Positions 47,652 to 54,704 of a DNA stretch of 64,000 bases are shown here, piece after piece. The stretch is from Nocardioidaceae bacterium. GTDB taxonomy: Bacteria; Actinomycetota; Actinomycetes; Propionibacteriales; Nocardioidaceae. Location of the stretch: contig DATABY010000046.1 of the NCBI GenBank assembly GCA_036259355.1, positions 1,290-65,289 of the forward strand. The letters run 5' to 3'. The notes under the pieces were generated by a model, which was not told where the DNA came from, made no database searches, and saw only the letters and a program-made list of their open reading frames with translations. Made by a program: the position numbers and the translations under genes. Each line of letters starts with the position of its first letter. Position 1 is the stretch's first letter.

Positions 47652-48160
47652 GCGCGGCAAGGTGGTCCCGCTTCCGTGCGGCGCCGCCGCGCTGGCTGAC
47701 CGTGCTGCTGGCGGCGGTGCTGGCTGGACTGCTGGCGACAGGCGGCGTGCTCGGCTGGCAGCTGCGTGAGGCGCAGGCGCAGCAGGACCGGCATACCGCC
47801 ATCCTGCAGGCGGCGGCCGAGCACACCGGCAACTTCTTGACGATGGACTACCGGCAGGCGAGACGCGACACCGCGAAGGTGATCGCCGGGGCGACCGGAG
47901 AGTTCCGGAAGCAGTACTCGGGCAGCCGGAGCCGGCTGCACAAGCTGGTGGAGCAGAACAAGTCGGTGTCGACCGGCAAGGTGCTGGCGACCGGTGTCGT
48001 GTCCGCCGACGCCGACTCCGCGCGGGTGATCGTCGTCGCCGACAGCGACGTCACGAACATCTCGACGAAGGAGCCGCAGCCACGGCACTACCGGCTGCAG
48101 CTCGACCTCGCCAAACAGGGCGGACGCTGGCTCCTGGCCAGCCTGCAGTTCGTGGGATAG
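47648..48160 (+). CDS. Mce-associated membrane protein (Mas/Mam 4A-like)
   Basis: Single TM (WLTVLLAAVLAGLLATGGVLGW) plus an SnoaL/NTF2-like ectodomain, as in Rv3493c-type proteins. GTG 47648 gives GTGA coupling. ATG 47612 is an alternative start. Confidence 0.72.
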   Translation: MSAARWSRFRAAPPRWLTVLLAAVLAGLLATGGVLGWQLREAQAQQDRHTAILQAAAEHTGNFLTMDYRQARRDTAKVIAGATGEFRKQYSGSRSRLHKLVEQNKSVSTGKVLATGVVSADADSARVIVVADSDVTNISTKEPQPRHYRLQLDLAKQGGRWLLASLQFVG

Positions 48161-48172
48161 GCGGGTTCGCGG

Positions 48173-48985
48173 ATGCAGTCCGACACGGGAATGGACATCG
48201 AGCGGGACACTGGAGTGACGACGAGGCGTGGGAGAACGATGACGGCCGATGCCCGGCGCAGCCGCGGCCAGGCGAGACGCGGTAGCCAGGGTGCGCAGGG
48301 CCGCGCCGAGGTGCGTCGCGGTCGACCGCGGGTGGCCGGCCAGCGCGCAGCCGAGCGACGGCGCGAGGACCCTCCCCCCAAGGCGGCCAAGCGCGGCCTC
48401 GCCCTGCCGAGCCTGCCGGCACCGCGGTTGCCGCGGTTGCGCCGCGGACCGAAGGCGCCGCAGCAGGACAAGCCACTGCGTTCGTCGACCCGGGACGTCC
48501 CGCGTTCCTCCGCGCCTCGGGTGACCGCGCTGCTCGCCGTACTCGCGCTGCTTGCGGCGGTGTTGGTCGGCTACCTCGCGGTGCAGCTACGGGAGGCGCG
48601 GGCGAGCGAGTCCGCGGCGTCCAACGGCCAGGTGACCGCGGCGCGGTACGCCGAGCAGCTGCTGTCCTACAACCACGCCCGGCTCGACCGCGACTTCACC
48701 GAGGCGCAGAAGCTCGTGACCGAGGGCTTCCGCAAGCAGTACACCAGGGCCACCGACGTCGTCCGCGAGAAGGCCGTCACCGAGAGGGCCGTCATCAAGG
48801 CCGAGGTCGTGGCGGCGTCCGTCGTGAACGCGGAGCCGCACGAGGTGAGGACCCTGCTGTTCGTCAACCAGACCACCACCACGAAGGGCCAGGACAGCGC
48901 TCCCGCCATCGACCTGAACCGCGTGATGCTCACGCTGGTCGAGGAGGACGGACGCTGGCTCGTCAGCGACCTCGACGCGCTCTGA
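48173..48985 (+). CDS. Mce-associated membrane protein (Mas/Mam 4B-like) with an Arg-rich N-terminal extension
   Basis: TM (VTALLAVLALLAAVLVGYLAV) plus an ectodomain paralogous to the previous gene (RWLVSDLDAL vs RWLLASLQFV). Start uncertain (48173, 48191 or 48239). Confidence 0.7.
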   Translation: MQSDTGMDIERDTGVTTRRGRTMTADARRSRGQARRGSQGAQGRAEVRRGRPRVAGQRAAERRREDPPPKAAKRGLALPSLPAPRLPRLRRGPKAPQQDKPLRSSTRDVPRSSAPRVTALLAVLALLAAVLVGYLAVQLREARASESAASNGQVTAARYAEQLLSYNHARLDRDFTEAQKLVTEGFRKQYTRATDVVREKAVTERAVIKAEVVAASVVNAEPHEVRTLLFVNQTTTTKGQDSAPAIDLNRVMLTLVEEDGRWLVSDLDAL

Positions 48986-49022
48986 CGAGCGCTCGCGTCC
49001 CGGCCTGTTCTTGCGTCCAAAC

Positions 49023-49036
49023 GAGAACACGTTCTA
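49023..49036. promoter_or_regulatory. KstR-type operator GAGAACACGTTCTA upstream of hsd4A
   Basis: 13/14 match to the consensus. It sits between a -35-like TTGCGT (49011-16) and a -10-like TAGTGT (49035-40). Confidence 0.65.
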
Positions 49037-49094
49037 GTGTGTCTGGCGTGGCGGCCATGCCGCCCTGCCCCTGCTGCCTGCCGAGGAGAAGACC

Positions 49095-50000
49095 ATGGCT
49101 CCTGCCCCCGCCGGCACCGACCTGGAGGGTCGGGTCGCGATCGTCACCGGGGCCGGTGCCGGGCTGGGTCGGTCCGAGGCGCTGGCGCTGGCCCGCTCGG
49201 GCGCGAGGCTGGTCCTCAACGACCTCCCCGGTGCCGCCGACGCGGTGGCGGACGAGGTCGGCCAGGTCGGCTCCGAGGCGCTCGTGGTCGCCGGGGACGT
49301 GTCGGAGCGCAGCACGGCGGACGAGCTGCTGCGTGTGGCGGTCGACCGGTTCGGCGCGCTGGACATCATGGTCAACAACGCGGGCGTGCTGCGAGACCGG
49401 ATGCTGTTCAACATGTCCGACGATGAGTGGGACCTCGTGCTCAAGGTCCATCTGCGTGGGCACTTCCTCACCTCCCGCAACGCGGCGGCGTACTGGCGGG
49501 AACGCTCGAAGGCGGCCGGCGGGCCGGTCTACGGCCGTGTGGTCAACACCGCTTCGGAGGCGTTCCTGGTCGGGTCCGAGGGGCAGCCCAACTACGCCTC
49601 CGCCAAGGCCGGTATCGCGGCACTCACGGTGTCGACCGCACGGGCCCTGCACCGCTACGGCGTGCGGGCCAACGCGATCTGCCCGCGGGCGAGAACGGCG
49701 ATGACCTCGGCCGTCTTCGGCGACGCCCCGGCGGACGGCATCGACCCGCTCTCGCCCGAGCATGTGGCGCCGCTGGTCGCCTACCTCGCCTCGCCGGCCG
49801 CGGAGGACGTCACCGGCCAGGTGTTCGTGGTGTACGGCGGCATGGTGGCGCTGATGGCCCCGCCGAGCGTGGAGAAGCGGTTCGACGCCAGCGCGCCGAC
49901 CTGGACGCAGGACGACCTCGCCCAGACGCTCGGCAGCTACTTCGAGTCGCGCGACCCGGAAGAGAACTTCTCCTGCCGTGAGGTCATGGAGCTCAGCTGA
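49095..50000 (+). CDS. hsd4A: SDR-family 3-hydroxyacyl-CoA / 17-beta-hydroxysteroid dehydrogenase (Hsd4A-like)
   Basis: VTGAGAGLGR, NNAG and YASAKAG (YxxxK). SD GAGGAGAAG. Adjacent to mce4, as Rv3502c is in M. tuberculosis. Confidence 0.72.
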   Translation: MAPAPAGTDLEGRVAIVTGAGAGLGRSEALALARSGARLVLNDLPGAADAVADEVGQVGSEALVVAGDVSERSTADELLRVAVDRFGALDIMVNNAGVLRDRMLFNMSDDEWDLVLKVHLRGHFLTSRNAAAYWRERSKAAGGPVYGRVVNTASEAFLVGSEGQPNYASAKAGIAALTVSTARALHRYGVRANAICPRARTAMTSAVFGDAPADGIDPLSPEHVAPLVAYLASPAAEDVTGQVFVVYGGMVALMAPPSVEKRFDASAPTWTQDDLAQTLGSYFESRDPEENFSCREVMELS

Positions 50001-50017
50001 AGAGAGGCTCGTCAGCC

Positions 50018-50779
50018 ATGGGAAGACTGGACGGCAAGGTCGCGCTGGTCACGGGATCGGCGCGGGGGCAGGGTGCGGCCGTGGCCCAGCGGTTCGTCGA
50101 CGAGGGCGCGCGGGTCGTGGTGGCCGACGTGCTCGACGACGTGGGCAAGGAGACCGCGAGCGCCCTCGGTGACTCGGCGTACTTCCGGCACCTCGACGTC
50201 AGCGACGAGCACGAGTGGGCGAGTGCCGTGGAGGAGGCCGCCGCGACGTTCGGCCGCCTCGACGTGCTCGTCAACAACGCCGGCGTGCTGCACTTCGCGG
50301 CGATCGCGGACCAGACGGTGGAGGACTTCTGGCGGGTGGTGTCGGTCAACCAGCTCGGCTGCTTCCTCGGCATGCGCACGGTCGCATCGGTGATGACCGC
50401 GCAGGGCGGCGGCTCCATCGTCAACGTCTCCTCGATCGAGGGGCTGGCGGGCGCACCGTTCCTCATCGCCTACAACTCGACCAAGTTCGCCATCCGGGGA
50501 ATGACCAAGACCGCGGCGCTCGAGCTCGGCGCGTCGGGTATCCGGGTGAACTCCGTGCATCCGGGTCTCATCGACACCGGCATGACGCGCGCGGCCGCGG
50601 GCGGCGACGGTGCCGACCTCGACCGGGCGTGCCGGCGGCTGCCGACCAAGCGCGCGGGCCGACCCGACGACGTCACCGGCATCATGACGTTCCTCGCCAG
50701 CGACGAGAGTGTCTACTGCACCGGCTCGGAGTTCGTCGTCGACGGCGGCGCCACCGCAGGCCACGCCTTCACCCACTGA
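50018..50779 (+). CDS. SDR-family 3-alpha(or 20-beta)-hydroxysteroid dehydrogenase-like oxidoreductase (FabG3-like)
   Basis: VTGSARGQG, NNAG, YNSTKFA (YxxxK) and VNSVHPG. Confidence 0.75.
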   Translation: MGRLDGKVALVTGSARGQGAAVAQRFVDEGARVVVADVLDDVGKETASALGDSAYFRHLDVSDEHEWASAVEEAAATFGRLDVLVNNAGVLHFAAIADQTVEDFWRVVSVNQLGCFLGMRTVASVMTAQGGGSIVNVSSIEGLAGAPFLIAYNSTKFAIRGMTKTAALELGASGIRVNSVHPGLIDTGMTRAAAGGDGADLDRACRRLPTKRAGRPDDVTGIMTFLASDESVYCTGSEFVVDGGATAGHAFTH

Positions 50780-50824
50780 CCGCCGGGAGCACTTCTGCGA
50801 TCTCGGCGTGAGGGTCCGCAGTGC

Positions 50825-51451
50825 TCAGCGCAGGAGCAGGCGTACGGCGATCTCCATCTCGCGGGCGACGTCGCTGGCCGACGCCCGGCCGGTGACCCAG
50901 GCGACGAGGCTGGCCAGCCACACGTCGCCGATGACCTTCGCGATCGCCTTGTCCTCGTCGTTGGCCTCGTGGTCGGGGCCGTGCATGGCACGCACGAACA
51001 TGTACTCCATACGCATGCCCACCGCATGCACCTCCACCGCGGCCGAGGCGTCGGCGAACATGAAGGCACGGGTCACCGCCTCGGTGAGGTTGGGGTCGCG
51101 CTGCATCGCGCGGGTCGTCCGGCCCAGCACGAACAGCACCCGGTCGTACGGCGTGTCACCGGGGATCGTGGTGCGGTCGAGCTTGGCCTGTGCGCGCTCG
51201 AACTCCTGCGCCAGCGCCGAGACCAGCAGGTGGATCTTCGACGGGAAGTAGCGGTACAGCGTGCCCAGGGCCACGTCGGCGCGCTCGGCCACCGCCCGCA
51301 TCTGCACGGCGTCGAAGCCGCCCTTGGACGCCAGCGCAAGCGTGGCGTCGAGGATGCGCTGCCGCCGGTCACGCTGCGCGGCGGAGCCGAGATTGTCATC
51401 GGTCAGGGCGCTCATGGGATCCCCCTTACCCGATGTCCGCATCTGCGTCAT
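50825..51451 (-). CDS. kstR: TetR-family steroid-catabolism repressor KstR
   Basis: SAAQRDRRQRILDATLALASKGGFDAVQMRAVAERADVALGTLYRYFPSKIHLLVSAL and VWLASLVAWVTGRASASDV closely match my recollection of Rv3574. Start may be the internal ATG (MSALTDD). Confidence 0.85.
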   Translation of the reverse strand: MTQMRTSGKGDPMSALTDDNLGSAAQRDRRQRILDATLALASKGGFDAVQMRAVAERADVALGTLYRYFPSKIHLLVSALAQEFERAQAKLDRTTIPGDTPYDRVLFVLGRTTRAMQRDPNLTEAVTRAFMFADASAAVEVHAVGMRMEYMFVRAMHGPDHEANDEDKAIAKVIGDVWLASLVAWVTGRASASDVAREMEIAVRLLLR

Positions 51452-51546
51452 GCATCCTCCACGCCCCTATGACCGGGCCTTTAGTGACCGGGGCCACGGC
51501 GTAAAGCCGTGGCATTCTCTACGCTAACATTCCCCAACACATAAAT

Positions 51547-51560
51547 CAGAACACGTTTCA
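51547..51560. promoter_or_regulatory. KstR-type operator CAGAACACGTTTCA in the intergenic region between kstR and the divergent glycosyltransferase gene
   Basis: 13/14 match to TnnAACnnGTTnnA. It lies 96 bp upstream of the kstR ORF start and 20 bp upstream of the GTG of the divergent gene, inside an AT-rich patch (CTAACATTCCCCAACACATAAATCAGAACACGTTTCAG). Confidence 0.62.
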
Positions 51561-51579
51561 GTGGAGCGGAGGTTGGCTC

Positions 51580-52824
51580 GTGCGCGTCGCTCTGCTGTCG
51601 TACCGCAGCAAGCCGCACTGCGGTGGACAGGGCGTCTACGTCCGCTATCTCAGCCGAGAGCTCGTCGCCCAGGGCCACACCGTGGAGGTGTTCTCCGGGC
51701 AGCCCTACCCCGAGCTCGACGCCGGCGTCACGCTGACGAAAGTTCCGAGTCTCGACCTGTACCGCGAGCCCGACCCGTTCCGGACCCCCCACCCGCGGGA
51801 GTTCCGCGACGCCATCGACCTGCTCGAGGTCGGCATCATGTACACCGCCGGGTTCCCCGAGCCGCTGACGTTCAGCCTCCGGGTCGCGCGGATGCTGCGC
51901 GACCGGGTCGACGACTTCGACATCGTGCACGACAACCAGTCGCTGGGCCTCGGCCTGCTCGGTCTGCCGGCGTCGGGCCTGCCCGTGGTGGCCACCGTGC
52001 ACCACCCGATCACGTTCGACCGTCGCGTCGACCTGGCCGCCGCGCGCAACCCGTGGCGCAAGCTGCTCACGCGACGCTGGTACGGCTTCCTGCGCATGCA
52101 GGGCCGCGTCGCCCGCAGGCTGCCGCAGCTCATCACGGTCTCCCGCTCCTCGGCCACCGACATCGCCGCCGACTTCGGCGTCGACCCCGGCCGGCTCCGC
52201 ACCATCCCGCTCGGCGTGGACGCGCAGACCTTCGCCCCGCCCACCGCGCCACGGGTGCCGGGCCGCATCGTCGCGATGGCCAGCGCCGACACCCCGATGA
52301 AGGGCGTGCACACGCTGCTGGAGGCGGTGGCCAAGCTGCGCACCGACCGTGAGGTGGAGCTGGTGCTGGTCAGCAGGCCGGTCCCGGGCGGACCGACCGA
52401 GCGGCTGGTCGAGGAACTCGCGATCGGCGACGTCGTCCGGTTCGCCAGCGGGCTGTCCGACGATGCCCTGGCCGACCTGATGGGGTCCGCCGAGGTCATG
52501 TGCGTGCCGTCCCTGTACGAGGGCTTCTCGCTGCCCACCGTGGAGGCGATGGCGTGCGGCACCCCACTGGTGGTCAGCCGCGCCGGCGCGATCCCCGAGG
52601 TGGTGGGGTCCGACGGACTCTGCGCCGACCAGGTGACGCCGGGCGACACCGAGGAGCTCGCCGCCGCCCTCGCTACGCTGCTCGCTGCGCCGGAGCGCCG
52701 GACGGCGATGGGGGAGGCCGGACGGGCCCGGGTGCTGGAGCGGTTCAGCTGGTCGTCGGTGGCCCGCTCGACCGCCGACTGCTACGCCGACGCGGTCGCC
52801 GAGTGGAGGAGGTCGACATGCTGA
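51580..52824 (+). CDS. GT4-family (GT-B fold) glycosyltransferase
   Basis: MRVALLSYRSKPHCGGQGVYVRYLSRELVAQGH N-terminus and the EGFSLPTVEAMACGTPLV E(x7)E-type motif. SD GGAGCGGAGG. Confidence 0.8.
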   Translation: MRVALLSYRSKPHCGGQGVYVRYLSRELVAQGHTVEVFSGQPYPELDAGVTLTKVPSLDLYREPDPFRTPHPREFRDAIDLLEVGIMYTAGFPEPLTFSLRVARMLRDRVDDFDIVHDNQSLGLGLLGLPASGLPVVATVHHPITFDRRVDLAAARNPWRKLLTRRWYGFLRMQGRVARRLPQLITVSRSSATDIAADFGVDPGRLRTIPLGVDAQTFAPPTAPRVPGRIVAMASADTPMKGVHTLLEAVAKLRTDREVELVLVSRPVPGGPTERLVEELAIGDVVRFASGLSDDALADLMGSAEVMCVPSLYEGFSLPTVEAMACGTPLVVSRAGAIPEVVGSDGLCADQVTPGDTEELAAALATLLAAPERRTAMGEAGRARVLERFSWSSVARSTADCYADAVAEWRRSTC

Positions 52825-53555
52825 CGGTGGACTTCGACCGGCTGGGCGTGCGTCCCGGCGACCGGGTGATCGACGTCGGCTGCGGGGCCGGACGGCACGC
52901 GTTCGAGCTGTACCGACGCGGCACCGACGTGGTCGCGTTCGACCAGGACGAGCCCGAGCTGCGTGCGGTCGCCGAGATGTTCGCCGCGATGAGGGCGCAG
53001 GGGCAGGTGCCCGAGAGCGGCAGCGCGCGCACGGTGCACGGCGACGCACTGGCACTCCCGTTCCCCGACGGCCACTTCGACCGTGTGGTGGCCTCCGAGA
53101 TCCTCGAGCACGTCCCGCAGGACGAGCGCGCGATCAGCGAGCTCGTCCGCGTCCTCCGACCGGGCGGGAGCGCCGCGGTCACCGTGCCGCGGTGGTGGCC
53201 GGAGAAGGTGTGCTGGGCGCTGTCGGACGCCTACCACCAGGTCGAGGGCGGCCACGTGCGCATCTACACCGGCCGAGAGCTGGCCACCAAGCTGAGCGGC
53301 GCCGGCCTGCAGGCGGTGGGGCGACAGCACGCCCACGGCCTGCATGCGCCCTACTGGTGGCTCAAGTGCGCGGTGGGGGTCGACCGCGACGATCATCCGC
53401 TGCCCCGGCTCTACCACCGGCTGCTGGTGTGGGACATGATGCGGCGCCCTTGGCTGACGCGGATCGCCGAGCGGGTGCTGAACCCGGTGCTCGGCAAGAG
53501 CCTGGTGCTGTACCTCCGCAAGCCGGCCACGGAGTCAGGTCGTGCCGCGGCCTGA
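52818..53555 (+). CDS. Class I SAM-dependent methyltransferase
   Basis: Motif I VIDVGCGAGRH, then LPFPDGHFDRVVASEILEHV and LRPGG. 7-nt overlap with the upstream gene. Confidence 0.82.
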   Translation: MLTVDFDRLGVRPGDRVIDVGCGAGRHAFELYRRGTDVVAFDQDEPELRAVAEMFAAMRAQGQVPESGSARTVHGDALALPFPDGHFDRVVASEILEHVPQDERAISELVRVLRPGGSAAVTVPRWWPEKVCWALSDAYHQVEGGHVRIYTGRELATKLSGAGLQAVGRQHAHGLHAPYWWLKCAVGVDRDDHPLPRLYHRLLVWDMMRRPWLTRIAERVLNPVLGKSLVLYLRKPATESGRAAA

Positions 53556-54654
53556 GCTGCCGGAGGTCCCAGGCGTCATCGCCGCCGACGCGATCGCCGC
53601 CACCGCGGACTCGGTGGCGGCGGTGCAGGAGCGCAGCGGCGCGATCCCCTGGTTCGCCGGCGGTCATGTCGACCCGTGGGACCACGTGGAGTGCGCGATG
53701 GCGCTGTCGGTCGCGGGCCGCTACGCCGAGGCGGAGCGGGCCTACCGGTGGCTGTTCGACACGCAGCGCGCCGACGGCTCCTGGCCGATCAAGGTCCGCG
53801 GCGGCCGGGTGGAGGACGCCGGGGCCGACACCAACTTCACCGCCTATCCCGCCGTCGGCGCCTGGCACCACTGGCTGCTGACGCGCTCGGAGCGGTTCGT
53901 CCGTGCGGCGTGGCCGGCGGTGCGACGCTCGCTCGACTTCGTCGTCTCGCTCCAGGCCGCACGTGGGGAGATCTTCTGGGCCCAAGGCCAGGCGAAGCAG
54001 GGCGTACGCGGCGTTGTGGACGAGACCGCGCTGCTCGCCGGCTGCGCCAGCATCCACCAGAGCCTGCGCTGCGGCCTCGCGCTCGCCGACCTGGTCGGCG
54101 AACCGCAACCGGAGTGGGAGATCGCACTGGGCCGGCTCCGCCACGTCCTGCGCCGCCATCCCGAGGCGTTCGCCGACCACAGCCGCTACTCGATGGACTG
54201 GTACTACCCGGTGCTCGGAGGCGCTGTGCGCGGACACCGCGGTCGCGAACGCGTCAAGGAACGCTGGCAAAGCTTCGTGGTGCCCGGCTGGGGCGCTCGA
54301 TGCGTCTCCGACCGTCCGTGGGTGACCGGTGCCGAGACCTGCGAGCTCGTGCTTTCGTTGCACGCCCTCGACGAGTACGACGCCGCCCTCGAGCTGTTCG
54401 AGTCCATGCAGCATCTGCGCGATCCCGACGGCTCGTACTGGACCGGCCACGTCGTCGACGCCGGTGTGCGCTGGCCGCAGGAGCGCAGCACGTGGACGGC
54501 CGCCGCGGTCATCCTCGCGGCCGACGCCCTGGCGGGGGCCACCCCGGCGAGCACGGTCTTCCGCGCCGACGACCTCCCCGCCGGGCTCGATGTGGAGGCC
54601 TGCGAATGTTGGGAGGAGACCGCGTCCGCCGGGCCGCATCTGGCCCGAGAATAG
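53542..54654 (+). CDS. Prenyltransferase / squalene-cyclase-repeat (alpha-alpha toroid) protein of unknown function
   Basis: Two QW-like repeats (QRADGSWPIK, RDPDGSYWTGH) and helical-hairpin periodicity. 14-nt overlap with the methyltransferase gene. Confidence 0.6.
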   Translation: MPRPELPEVPGVIAADAIAATADSVAAVQERSGAIPWFAGGHVDPWDHVECAMALSVAGRYAEAERAYRWLFDTQRADGSWPIKVRGGRVEDAGADTNFTAYPAVGAWHHWLLTRSERFVRAAWPAVRRSLDFVVSLQAARGEIFWAQGQAKQGVRGVVDETALLAGCASIHQSLRCGLALADLVGEPQPEWEIALGRLRHVLRRHPEAFADHSRYSMDWYYPVLGGAVRGHRGRERVKERWQSFVVPGWGARCVSDRPWVTGAETCELVLSLHALDEYDAALELFESMQHLRDPDGSYWTGHVVDAGVRWPQERSTWTAAAVILAADALAGATPASTVFRADDLPAGLDVEACECWEETASAGPHLARE

Positions 54655-54665
54655 AACACGTTCTA
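54652..54665. promoter_or_regulatory. KstR-type operator TAGAACACGTTCTA upstream of fadE34
   Basis: Perfect consensus, extendable to ATAGAAC-AC-GTTCTAT. It overlaps the TAG stop of the preceding gene and a -10-like TATAGT (54664-69). It lies 40 bp before the fadE34 ATG. Confidence 0.7.
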
Positions 54666-54704
54666 TAGTGGGGAGCCCGATCCCCCAGCCGCAGAGCGAG
54701 GCGA

